Source of the DNA: an uncultured Clostridia bacterium
Lineage (GTDB): Bacteria; Bacillota; Clostridia; TANB77; CAG-508
Assembly: GCA_934167175.1 (NCBI GenBank)
Contig: CAKPKF010000006.1
Coordinates: 3,069 to 67,068 of the forward strand
Direction of reading: 5' to 3'
Length of the DNA stretch: 64,000 nucleotides
The translations under genes and the position numbers were made by a program. Below, one piece after another: positions 31,887 to 40,726 of this stretch. How positions within the stretch are numbered: the first letter of the stretch is position 1; each line of letters opens with the position of its first letter. The notes under the pieces were generated by a model. It was not told the DNA's origin. It searched no databases and was given only the letters and a program-made list of their open reading frames with translations.

Positions 31887-32558
31887 ATGGGGAAATTATT
31901 TGTAATAGATGGAACAGATGCAAGTGGAAAACAAACACAATTAAATAAACTAAAAGAAAGATTTGACAATGAAAAAATAGAATACAAAACAGTGAGCTTT
32001 CCAAATTATGATAGTCCATCATCAAGTTTAGTAAAAATGTATTTATCAGGTGAATTTGGACAAGATGCTAAAATGGTTAGTCCATATATTGCATCTACAT
32101 TTTATGCTGCAGATAGATATGCTACATATAAAAAAGAATTAGAGGAATATTATAATAATGGAGGAATAATATTAGCAGATAGATATACTACAGCTAATAT
32201 GGTTCATCAATCCGGAAAAATAAAAGATAAAAAGGAAAGAGAAAAGTTTCTTGATTGGTTGTGGGATTTTGAATTTAATTTATATAAAATACCAATACCT
32301 ACAAAAACATTCTTTTTAAATATGCCTCCAAAATATGCTTTTGAATTAATGGCAGATAGAGAAAATAAATTTACACACGAATCTAAAAAAGACATACATG
32401 AAAAAGATAAAAATCATATAATAGACAGTTATAATGCGGCATGCGAACTAGTTGATAAATATGGTTGGCATGAGATAAAATGCATAGCAAATGATAAAAT
32501 AAGAAAAATAGAAGATATCCATGAAGAAATTTATGCTACAATAAAAGAGTTAATATAA
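31887..32558 (+). CDS. Thymidylate kinase-family (dTMP kinase-like) protein
   Basis: P-loop FVIDGTDASGKQTQ and a DRY-like motif (ADRYTTAN). Confidence 0.6.
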   Translation: MGKLFVIDGTDASGKQTQLNKLKERFDNEKIEYKTVSFPNYDSPSSSLVKMYLSGEFGQDAKMVSPYIASTFYAADRYATYKKELEEYYNNGGIILADRYTTANMVHQSGKIKDKKEREKFLDWLWDFEFNLYKIPIPTKTFFLNMPPKYAFELMADRENKFTHESKKDIHEKDKNHIIDSYNAACELVDKYGWHEIKCIANDKIRKIEDIHEEIYATIKELI

Positions 32559-32561
32559 TTA

Positions 32562-32590
32562 TTGAAAAGTGAATAATAAAATGGTAGAAT
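32562..32590 (+). promoter_or_regulatory. Putative promoter of prs
   Basis: TTGAAA, 17-nt spacer, TAGAAT. Confidence 0.5.
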
Positions 32591-32654
32591 AAATGGGTAT
32601 TTAAAGTTGGAATGCTAAAATCAATAATAAATTTTATTTATAAAAGGAGAAAGT

Positions 32655-33629
32655 ATGGATAATATTAAGATATTTGCGTGCAGTAAATATGCAGAACCAT
32701 TTGCAGAAGAAATTTGTGAATGCTTAGATATAGAGTTGGGAAAAATTAACTCAATGAAATTTAAGAATGATAATAATTTTGTTCAAATTTTAGAAACTGT
32801 AAGAGAAAAAGATGTATATTTAATTCAATCAAATGTACCACCAGTTAATGAAAGAATAATGGAATTATTAATAACTATAGATGCAGTAAAAAGGGCATCA
32901 GCAAAAAAAATAAATGTTGTATTACCATATTATATGTATTCAAGATCAGATAAAAAAGATCAACCACGCGTTCCAATAACTGCAAAATTAATAGCAAAAT
33001 TAATTGAAGCAGCAGGTGCAACAAGAGTTATAACGTGTGACTTGCATAATCCAGCAATTGAGGGATATTTTGAAAAAATAAATTGCGATAGACTATCAGC
33101 AGAAAGATTACTAGAAAAATATTTCCTAGATAAAAAAATGGAAAATATGGTAATTGTTGCAACAGATGCAGGAAGTTCAAAAAAGGCATATAAATACTCA
33201 GAATTTTTTAATTGTCCAATAGCAATGTTAGATAAAAGAAGGACTGGAAATGATGATAAAGCTATAGCAACTACAATTATTGGAGATGTAAAAGGAAAAA
33301 ATGCTATAATATTTGATGACGAAATAGATACAGCAGGCTCAATGTTAGAAACAGTAAAAATATTGGAAAAATATGGAGCAAAAAAAATATATGCAGGTTG
33401 TACACATGGAGTACTTTCTGATAAAGCAATAGAAAAAATAGAAAAATCACCAATAGAGGAATTAGTAATAACTAACACGATTCCTCTTACAAAAGAAAAA
33501 CAAATACGAAAAATTAAAGTCGTATCAATTGCACCACTATTTGCAGAGACAATAAGAAGATTAAATAGAAAATTGCCGTTAGGCGAAATATTAAGTGGAA
33601 ATATAGGAATGGGGGAAAAAAATGGATAA
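32655..33629 (+). CDS. prs: Ribose-phosphate pyrophosphokinase
   Basis: Conserved PRPP synthetase sequence (RSDKKDQPRVPI, DLHN, PRPP loop DDEIDTAGS). Confidence 0.93.
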   Translation: MDNIKIFACSKYAEPFAEEICECLDIELGKINSMKFKNDNNFVQILETVREKDVYLIQSNVPPVNERIMELLITIDAVKRASAKKINVVLPYYMYSRSDKKDQPRVPITAKLIAKLIEAAGATRVITCDLHNPAIEGYFEKINCDRLSAERLLEKYFLDKKMENMVIVATDAGSSKKAYKYSEFFNCPIAMLDKRRTGNDDKAIATTIIGDVKGKNAIIFDDEIDTAGSMLETVKILEKYGAKKIYAGCTHGVLSDKAIEKIEKSPIEELVITNTIPLTKEKQIRKIKVVSIAPLFAETIRRLNRKLPLGEILSGNIGMGEKNG

Positions 33630-34569
33630 AATAGCAGTTTTAATTCCGTGTTATAATGAAAGCAAAACAATAAAAAAAGTAGTAGAGGATTTTAGAAAAG
33701 AATTACCAGAAGCAACAATTTATGTATATGATAATAACTCAAAAGATGGAACAGATAAAATTGCCAAAGAGGCAGGAGCTATCGTTAGATATGAAAGAAA
33801 GCAAGGAAAAGGTAATGTAATTAGAAGTATGTTTCGTGACATTGATGCAGAATGTTATATCATGACAGATGGCGATGATACATACCCAGCAGAATACGCA
33901 AGAAAAATGTGTGAATGTGTTTTAAATAGAGATGTTGATATGGTTGTAGGTGACCGATTGTCTTCAACATACTTTACTGAAAATAAAAGACCATTCCATA
34001 ATTTGGGAAACGTATTAGTAAGAAGATTAATCAACATGATTTATAAAAGTGATATTCGTGATGTAATGACAGGGTATAGAGCATTTAGTTATAGATTTGT
34101 AAAAACATTCCCAGTATTATCAAAAGGTTTTGAAATAGAAACTGAGATGACAATTCATACACTAGATAAAAATATGGGGATAGAGAATGTTATTATAGAA
34201 TACAGAGATAGACCAGAAGGTAGCGAATCAAAATTAAATACATATTCTGATGGAATGAAAGTAATAAAAACAATAGTAGGTCTTTATAAAAATTATAAAC
34301 CATTATCATTTTTTATGTTAGTAACATTAATCTTATTTTTAATTGGATTAGGATTTTTAACTCCTGTTCTAATAGATTATATAAATACAGGTCTAGTACC
34401 TAAAATGCCATCTTTTGTTGCCAGTGTATTTTTCTTTATATGTGGCATACAGTCATTTTTCGGTGGTTTAATTTTAGAGACATTAGTAAAAATAAATAAG
34501 CAAGATTTTGAGATAAAATTAAATGAATATGCGGACAAGTTTAATAAATTAAAAAAAGAGCAAAATTAA
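33622..34569 (+). CDS. Family 2 glycosyltransferase with two C-terminal TM helices (polyprenyl-phosphate glycosyltransferase-like)
   Basis: VLIPCYNE, YDNNSKDGT and a DGDDTY (DxD) motif, followed by a C-terminal membrane anchor. Confidence 0.8.
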   Translation: MDKIAVLIPCYNESKTIKKVVEDFRKELPEATIYVYDNNSKDGTDKIAKEAGAIVRYERKQGKGNVIRSMFRDIDAECYIMTDGDDTYPAEYARKMCECVLNRDVDMVVGDRLSSTYFTENKRPFHNLGNVLVRRLINMIYKSDIRDVMTGYRAFSYRFVKTFPVLSKGFEIETEMTIHTLDKNMGIENVIIEYRDRPEGSESKLNTYSDGMKVIKTIVGLYKNYKPLSFFMLVTLILFLIGLGFLTPVLIDYINTGLVPKMPSFVASVFFFICGIQSFFGGLILETLVKINKQDFEIKLNEYADKFNKLKKEQN

Positions 34570-34622
34570 AATAGAGAACAGTGATAAGTTTGACGATTAA
34601 GGCTTGTTTAAATGTTAAACGC

Positions 34623-34651
34623 TTGAAAAATGCAGAAATTCACGGTATAAT
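34623..34651 (+). promoter_or_regulatory. Promoter of gltX
   Basis: TTGAAA, 17-nt spacer, TATAAT. Confidence 0.6.
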
Positions 34652-34697
34652 ATATAAAGTTGTAAGTTATAAAAATAAAGAAAGGTTTGATAAAAAA

Positions 34698-36356
34698 ATG
34701 GATTATAAAGATTTGGCTGAATTAATATTTCCAGATGCAAAAGATGTATCATACTATGAGGAAAAATATCCAAGGAGAGAATTAAAAGAGGGGGCTATTG
34801 TTACAAGATATGCACCTAGTCCTACAGGATTTGTTCATATAGGAGGGCTATATCAAAGTTTAATCGCCAAAAAAATGTCAAAGCAAACTGATGGAGTTTT
34901 TTTCTTAAGAATAGAAGATACAGACCAAAAAAGAGAGATAAAAAATGCAATAGAAGATATACTACAAGCATTGAAAGATTTTGGTTTAGAAGCAGATGAA
35001 GGAATGATAAGCGAAACAGAAGAAAAGGGAATATATGGGCCATATAAACAATCCTTGAGAAAAGATATATATCAAGCATATGCAAAAAAATTATTAGAAG
35101 AGGGAAACGCTTATCCATGTTTTTGTTCACCAGAAGATTTAGATGAAATGAGAAAAAAACAAGAAAGTGCAAAGGTTAGACCAGGATATTATGGTATATG
35201 GGCAAAATGTAGAAATTTATCTGTAGAAGAAATGATAGAAAAAATTAAAGCAGGTGAAAAATATATTGTAAGAATAAAATCACCAGGAAGAGAAGATAAA
35301 AAAATAAAACATCATGATTTAATTAAAGGAAATATAGATTTTCCAGAGAATGATCAAGATATAGTTATAATTAAAGCAGATGGACTTCCAACATATCATT
35401 TTGCACATGCTGTGGATGATTATTTAATGGGAACTACTCATGTAATTCGTGGTGACGAATGGTTATCTTCAGTACCTTTACATTTACAATTATTCCAAAT
35501 AATAGGAGCAAAAGCACCTAAATATGCACATATAGCACCAATCATGAAAGAAGAAAATGGTGGAAAAAGAAAATTAAGTAAGCGTAAGGACCCAGAATCA
35601 GCAGTTTCTTATTATAAAGAAGTAGGAATTCCTAAAGAAGCAATTATAGAATACTTATTAAATATAGCAAATTCTAATTTTGAATCTTGGAAAAAAGGAA
35701 ATAAAGATAAATCTATAGATGAATTTGAACTTTCTCTAAAAAAGATGGGAGTTAGTGGAGCTTTATTTGATATGGTTAAATTATTAGACATTTCAAAAAT
35801 AGTTATATCTAAATATACCGCAGAAGAAGTTTATTCAGAGGTAACAAAATGGGCAAATGAATATGATGAAGAATTATTTAAAATATTAACATCTGATAAA
35901 GAATATAGCCTAAAAGTTTTAGGCATAGAAAGAGGAAATGTAAAACCAAGAAAAGATATAGCAAAATGGGAAGATGTAAAAAAAGAAATAAGATACATGT
36001 ATAATGAATTATTTTATTCAGATAACATAGATTATGTGTTTCCTAAATTTAATAATAAAGAAGAAGTAGAAAAAATATTAAATTTATATATTGATAAATA
36101 TTACAAAGCAGAAGATGACAAAACTACATGGTTTAATAGAATGAAAGACTTAGCAGAAGAATTAGGATATGCAAGAGAAGTAAAATTATATAAGCAAGAA
36201 CCAGAAAAATATCCAGGTCATGTAGGCGATGTAAGCATGTACATAAGAGTTGCACTAACAGGAAGACAAAATACTCCAGATATATATGAAATAATGTCAA
36301 TATTGGGTGTAGATGAAATAAGAAAAAGATTTAATAGATGTATAGAAAACATATAA
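34698..36356 (+). CDS. gltX: Glutamate--tRNA ligase
   Basis: HIGH motif (PSPTGFVHIGG) and KMSKS motif (KLSKR). The start at MDYKDLAELIFP is downstream of the promoter; the longer ORF from 34581 is rejected. Confidence 0.92.
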   Translation: MDYKDLAELIFPDAKDVSYYEEKYPRRELKEGAIVTRYAPSPTGFVHIGGLYQSLIAKKMSKQTDGVFFLRIEDTDQKREIKNAIEDILQALKDFGLEADEGMISETEEKGIYGPYKQSLRKDIYQAYAKKLLEEGNAYPCFCSPEDLDEMRKKQESAKVRPGYYGIWAKCRNLSVEEMIEKIKAGEKYIVRIKSPGREDKKIKHHDLIKGNIDFPENDQDIVIIKADGLPTYHFAHAVDDYLMGTTHVIRGDEWLSSVPLHLQLFQIIGAKAPKYAHIAPIMKEENGGKRKLSKRKDPESAVSYYKEVGIPKEAIIEYLLNIANSNFESWKKGNKDKSIDEFELSLKKMGVSGALFDMVKLLDISKIVISKYTAEEVYSEVTKWANEYDEELFKILTSDKEYSLKVLGIERGNVKPRKDIAKWEDVKKEIRYMYNELFYSDNIDYVFPKFNNKEEVEKILNLYIDKYYKAEDDKTTWFNRMKDLAEELGYAREVKLYKQEPEKYPGHVGDVSMYIRVALTGRQNTPDIYEIMSILGVDEIRKRFNRCIENI

Positions 36357-36367
36357 AGGAGATTGCT

Positions 36368-36547
36368 ATGCAATATAATGTAGGAGATAAAGTAAGGTTA
36401 AAAAAGCAACATCCATGCGGAAGCAAAATATGGGAGATTACAAGAGTAGGCGTGGATTTCAAACTAAAATGCTTAGGGTGTGGACATGAGATTTTAGTTG
36501 AAAGGCCAAAAGCATTGAAAATGATTACTAAGAAAATAGATGAATAA
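36368..36547 (+). CDS. DUF951-family small protein
   Basis: MQYNVGDKVRLKKQHPCGSKIWEITRVGVDFKLKCLGCGH. Confidence 0.65.
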   Translation: MQYNVGDKVRLKKQHPCGSKIWEITRVGVDFKLKCLGCGHEILVERPKALKMITKKIDE

Positions 36548-36552
36548 ATAAT

Positions 36553-36594
36553 AAGGAAGTAATATGAATATCATATTACTTCCTTAATTTTTTA
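36553..36594 (+). terminator. Rho-independent terminator
   Basis: 15-bp stem aaggaagtaatatga/tcatattacttcctt followed by a T-run. Confidence 0.85.
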
Positions 36595-36691
36595 TATTAG
36601 AAATAAAATTTTATGCTCTAACAAATTTAATAAAAATTTCAATTTCTTAGAGCATAAAAAAAGTAAATTAAAGAGTGATTTTTGAAATTTT

Positions 36692-36955
36692 TTAAATTTG
36701 CTCTTCTTCAAATTCTTTATTTAGTTCATCAAATAATTCATCTAATGAAATTGATAATGCTCTAGCTATACCCCATACTTCAAAATCTTTTACTATTTTG
36801 TTATTTTTTTCTATTTTAGACAAATCTTCTTTTGTCATAACAATTCCAAGTAATTCAAGTTTTCTACATAATGCAGATTGGGAAAGGTTTTGCTCGATTC
36901 TAGATTTTCTTAATATTTTAGAGATAACGTTAGATTTATTATTATATTTTCTCAT
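36692..36955 (-). CDS. XRE-family helix-turn-helix transcriptional regulator, paralog 1
   Basis: HTH_3-like region LSQSALCRKLELLGIVMTKEDLSKIE. Paralog of 38628..38882. Confidence 0.75.
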   Translation of the reverse strand: MRKYNNKSNVISKILRKSRIEQNLSQSALCRKLELLGIVMTKEDLSKIEKNNKIVKDFEVWGIARALSISLDELFDELNKEFEEEQI

Positions 36956-37005
36956 AAAACCTCCTCCTTTTATTAAAATATATATTGATTTTATACTAAA
37001 GTTAG

Positions 37006-37021
37006 TGATAAACTGTTATCA
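37006..37021. promoter_or_regulatory. Palindromic candidate operator, TGATAA-N4-TTATCA
   Basis: Perfect inverted repeat in the divergent intergenic region between the XRE gene and 37063. Confidence 0.35.
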
Positions 37022-37062
37022 GATTAGCAATTTAATGAGAAAAATTTACGGAGGGTAAAAAA

Positions 37063-37407
37063 ATGGAAGATGATGGAAAATATGTAGAGGTATTAAACAG
37101 TATAATAGGTAACGAAAAATACAGAGAATTAGTATCAGACATTACAAACAAAGTAATAGATAAATTTGGTGGAGATATTTCAATAGAAGAGTTAGTTACT
37201 ATAATAGAAATTAATATAAAGTCCTTATTAATTATAGGGTTATCTTTAGGTATGAATTTAACCAAAAATGAAATCTATGAAAAAGTATATTTAGACCATA
37301 CTAAAAAATATATTGTTGAAGATAGTTTTGACAAGTATATAGAAAAATATACAAAATATATAGAAATAATAAAGAAATTTGTAAAAGAGCAAAAAAGTAA
37401 AAATTAA
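37063..37407 (+). CDS. Hypothetical 114-aa protein
   Basis: ORF with the RBS ggaggg, divergent from the XRE gene. No family recognised. Confidence 0.5.
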   Translation: MEDDGKYVEVLNSIIGNEKYRELVSDITNKVIDKFGGDISIEELVTIIEINIKSLLIIGLSLGMNLTKNEIYEKVYLDHTKKYIVEDSFDKYIEKYTKYIEIIKKFVKEQKSKN

Positions 37408-37485
37408 TATAAATTGCCTATTGAATATTTTTTTATATTTGGTATATAATCTATATATAAATTATACAAAGGAGTGTGATTTTTT

Positions 37486-38562
37486 TTGGATAGAAAAATC
37501 AAAGTAGTACAATATGGTACAGGAAAGATGGCAGTATACACAATGCGTTATGTGTATGAAAAAGGGGCTGAAATAGTAGGAGCTATTGATATAAATCCAA
37601 ATGTAATAGGAAAAGATATAGGCGATGTAATGAATACAGAAAAAAAAGGAGTAACAGTAACATCAATAGAGAATGCAGAAGAAATGTTAAGACAAGTTAA
37701 CCCGGATATAGTAATAGTTACAACAATGAGTTTACTAAGTGATGTTAAAGATGCATTAATGTTATGTGCAAAACTTGGAATAAATGCAATCACAACATGT
37801 GAAGAAGCATTCTTCCCTTGGAATTCAAATCCAAATGCAACTAGAGAAATAGATGAAATGGCAAAGAAAAACAATTGTACAATCACAGGAAGTGGATATC
37901 AAGACATATATTGGGGAAATTTAATAAGTAATTTAGCAGGTTCAACACATAAAATAACTAAAATAGTAGGTTCTTCAAGTTATAACGTAGAAGAATATGG
38001 AATAGCCTTAGCAAAGGCACATGGAGCTGGATTAGATTTAGAAACATTTGATAAAGAAGTTGCTTCAGCAGATGAAATACCAGCTGAAGAAAGACAAAAA
38101 TTAATAGATAATGGAGAATTTCTGCCATCATACATGTGGAATGTTAATGGATGGTTATGTTCAAAATTAGGGCTAACTGTTGAAAGTCAAGTACAAAAAT
38201 GTGTCCCACAAACATATAAAGAAGATATAGAATCTACAACTTTGGGAATGACTGTTAAAGCAGGTATGGCAACAGGAATGAGTGCTGTTGTTACAACTAA
38301 TACAAAAGAGGGAATAGTCATTGAAACTCAATGTATAGGTAAAGTTTATTCAAAAGAAGATTATGATAAAAATGAGTGGACAGTAGAGGGAGAACCATCT
38401 ACAACATTGGTAATATCAAAACCAGACACAGTAGAATTAACTTGTGCAACAGTAGTAAATAGAATACCAGATGTAATAAATGCTGAAGCAGGTTATGTAA
38501 CAACAGAGAAATTTGATGAATTAGAATATAGAGTAAAACCGTTAAATGAATATGTAAAATAA
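37486..38562 (+). CDS. NAD(P)-dependent amine dehydrogenase family protein (2,4-diaminopentanoate dehydrogenase-like, with a DapB-type N-terminal domain)
   Basis: N-terminus IKVVQYGTGKMAVYTMRYVYEKGAEIVGAIDIN, size about 358 aa, TTG start after aaggag. Confidence 0.5.
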   Translation: MDRKIKVVQYGTGKMAVYTMRYVYEKGAEIVGAIDINPNVIGKDIGDVMNTEKKGVTVTSIENAEEMLRQVNPDIVIVTTMSLLSDVKDALMLCAKLGINAITTCEEAFFPWNSNPNATREIDEMAKKNNCTITGSGYQDIYWGNLISNLAGSTHKITKIVGSSSYNVEEYGIALAKAHGAGLDLETFDKEVASADEIPAEERQKLIDNGEFLPSYMWNVNGWLCSKLGLTVESQVQKCVPQTYKEDIESTTLGMTVKAGMATGMSAVVTTNTKEGIVIETQCIGKVYSKEDYDKNEWTVEGEPSTTLVISKPDTVELTCATVVNRIPDVINAEAGYVTTEKFDELEYRVKPLNEYVK

Positions 38563-38567
38563 AAAAA

Positions 38568-38606
38568 TAAAGTATAGTTTAATTTTTAAACTATACTTTA
38601 TTTTTT
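38568..38606 (+). terminator. Rho-independent terminator, bidirectional in appearance
   Basis: 15-bp stem taaagtatagtttaa/ttaaactatacttta flanked by an A-run and a T-run. Confidence 0.8.
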
Positions 38607-38627
38607 AGGCAAAATCGAAGAGCCTTA

Positions 38628-38882
38628 TTATTCTTTAAATTCTAAATTAAGTTCTGTTAATAAATCATCTAGTGAAACGGATAATGCTCTAGCAATTCCC
38701 CATAATTCGAAATCTTTTACAATTTTATTTCCATGTTCAATCTTGGATAAATCTTCTTTAGTCATAACAATTCCATACAATTCTAGTTTATGGCATAATT
38801 GCGTTTGAGATATTGACTTTTCTTTTCTTATTTTTTTTAATTTATTTGATATAACATTAGATTTATCATTATATTTTCTCAC
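38628..38882 (-). CDS. XRE-family helix-turn-helix transcriptional regulator, paralog 2
   Basis: GTG start. The sequence is colinear with paralog 1 (MRKYN.KSNVIS...GIVMTKEDLSKIE..NKIVKDFE.WGIARALS.SLD.L). Confidence 0.75.
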   Translation of the reverse strand: MRKYNDKSNVISNKLKKIRKEKSISQTQLCHKLELYGIVMTKEDLSKIEHGNKIVKDFELWGIARALSVSLDDLLTELNLEFKE

Positions 38883-39011
38883 AAAAGCTCCTCCTTAATA
38901 AAATAAAATTTTATTTAATCTATTGTACAACAATATTATCACTTAAGCGTTATCAATCTGGAAATAAATAGAAAAAATTTACTGAGAGTAAAGTTTTGAC
39001 ATAGTAAAAAT

Positions 39012-39046
39012 AAAAAACACTAGTTTTTATAAAACTAGTGTTTTTT
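39012..39046 (-). terminator. Rho-independent terminator of tyrS
   Basis: 16-bp stem aaaaaacactagtttt/aaaactagtgtttttt. Confidence 0.8.
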
Positions 39047-39055
39047 AAATCAAGA

Positions 39056-40270
39056 TTATTTTTCTAATTTATGAAAAACTTTTTTTCCTTTTCTTAAAAT
39101 TGCGTAACCATTTTTAAAATCTTTTTCAGATAAAGCATAATTAGTATCTTCTATCTTTGTATCATTTAAAGATATGCCACCTTGTGAGATTAATGTTCTA
39201 GCTTGAGATTTAGATTTTGCAATATCAGCTAAAACTATAGCATCAACAATAGAAATATTAATATCATTTAACTTAGTAGAAGGCATATTATCTAAATCGC
39301 CATTTCCTTCAAATAAAGCTTGAGAAGCTTCTTCAGCTTTTTTTGCAGCTTCTTCACCATGAATTAATTTTGTTATTTCAAAAGCTAATACTTTTTTAGC
39401 TTCATTTATTTTTTCATCTTTAAAGCTAGAAAGTCTGTTTATTTCATCCATTGGTAAGAATGTAAGGAGACACAAAACGTTTCTTACGCTTTCATCCTCA
39501 ATATTTCTCCAATATTGATAAAATTCATATGGAGAAGTTTTTTCTGGATCTAACCATAAAGCACCTTTTTCTGTTTTTCCCATTTTTTTACCTTCTTTTG
39601 TTGTAAGAAGTTTAAATGTTAATCCATAAGAATCATCATTACCGATTTTTCTAATTAAATCAACACCACCTATGATATTAGACCATTGATCATTTCCACC
39701 CATTTGAAGCTTACATCCATAGTGGTCATGTAGATATAAGAAATCATAAGACTGCATAATCATATACCCAAGTTCAAAGAAAGTTAATCCCTTTTCAAGT
39801 CTTTGCTTATAACATTCTGCAGCAAGCATTCTGTTTATAGAAAAATGAACACCAATGTCTCTCATAAACTCGATATAATTTAAGTCTAAAAGCCAATCAG
39901 CATTATTTACTATAATAGCAGCATTTTCTCCTTCAAAACTTAAAAATTTAGAAAGTTGAGTTTTGAACTTTTCTACATTTTGATTAATTTCTTCACGTCC
40001 CATCATTCTTCTCATATCTGTCTTACCAGAAGGGTCACCAATTGTTACAGTACCACCACCAATAAGAATAATAGGTTTATGTCCACATTTTTGCATATGT
40101 GAAGCTACCATCATAGATACAAAATGACCTACATGTAAGCTGTCTGCGGTAGGGTCAAAGCCTATGTAAAATGGCACACTTTCTTTTTGAAATAATTCTT
40201 TTACTTCTTTTTCATGTGTTAGTTGTTCAATATATCCACGTTCTTCTAATATGTCAAAAACATTTTGCAT
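39056..40270 (-). CDS. tyrS: Tyrosine--tRNA ligase
   Basis: HIGH motif (LHVGH), KMSKS motif (KMGKT) and a C-terminal S4 domain. The start MQNVFDILE has proper RBS spacing. Confidence 0.93.
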   Translation of the reverse strand: MQNVFDILEERGYIEQLTHEKEVKELFQKESVPFYIGFDPTADSLHVGHFVSMMVASHMQKCGHKPIILIGGGTVTIGDPSGKTDMRRMMGREEINQNVEKFKTQLSKFLSFEGENAAIIVNNADWLLDLNYIEFMRDIGVHFSINRMLAAECYKQRLEKGLTFFELGYMIMQSYDFLYLHDHYGCKLQMGGNDQWSNIIGGVDLIRKIGNDDSYGLTFKLLTTKEGKKMGKTEKGALWLDPEKTSPYEFYQYWRNIEDESVRNVLCLLTFLPMDEINRLSSFKDEKINEAKKVLAFEITKLIHGEEAAKKAEEASQALFEGNGDLDNMPSTKLNDINISIVDAIVLADIAKSKSQARTLISQGGISLNDTKIEDTNYALSEKDFKNGYAILRKGKKVFHKLEK

Positions 40271-40307
40271 TATATACATCCTCCTTATAGATTATAATTA
40301 AGTAAAA

Positions 40308-40544
40308 TTATTTTAATGTTGTTTGTGTTTTAAATAACTCGTTATTTTGTAAGTATCTATTTATGTTTTTTTCAGATATTCCAGTATAATAAGAAATATC
40401 ATTTATTGTATTGTTATTACTAGTACTTTCAAAGAAATTTTTTAATTTTGAGATTTCTGCTTTATCTTTTGGGACACAATTTTGACAAACTGATTCTTCA
40501 GAAGAGAAGAAACCTCCACAACGACTACATTTTTTTATTACCAT
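40308..40544 (-). CDS. Small zinc-ribbon protein with an HTH-like C-terminus (YvyF/TIGR03826-like architecture)
   Basis: CSRCG...CQNC followed by INDISYYTGISEKNINRYL. It lies about 37 nt upstream of tyrS. Confidence 0.45.
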   Translation of the reverse strand: MVIKKCSRCGGFFSSEESVCQNCVPKDKAEISKLKNFFESTSNNNTINDISYYTGISEKNINRYLQNNELFKTQTTLK

Positions 40545-40726
40545 ATAAAAACCCCCATAAATAAATAATTTCTAGCAACAACTAGGTTACTTTGCATTTT
40601 ATCATAAAAAGGAATAAAAAGAAAGAAAAAATAGATAAAAATTAAATAAAAAAAGTTTAGATAAAATGTTCACGAATTTTGTATTTTATGATATAGTAAC
40701 ATAGAAACCAAAAAAGTTAGGAGAGT

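Noticed and set aside
32960-33670. 236-aa minus-strand ORF
   Set aside because: It is entirely antisense to the highly conserved prs gene, and its low-complexity Ile/Phe/Ser-rich translation is typical of shadow ORFs in AT-rich DNA. The same reasoning applies to 3371..3982, 1376..1852, 17840..18328, 46324..47010, 62646..63152, 9405..9839, 16859..17233 and the other antisense ORFs in the track.
34581-34697. N-terminally extended starts (gltX from 34581, glmM from 30061, adk from 17880, metK from 23308, rpsH from 14057, rpsM from 20053, rpmC from 11957, DUF951 from 36338)
   Set aside because: In each case the extension overlaps a promoter or intergenic signal or the upstream gene. A downstream start with a proper RBS begins the conserved protein sequence.
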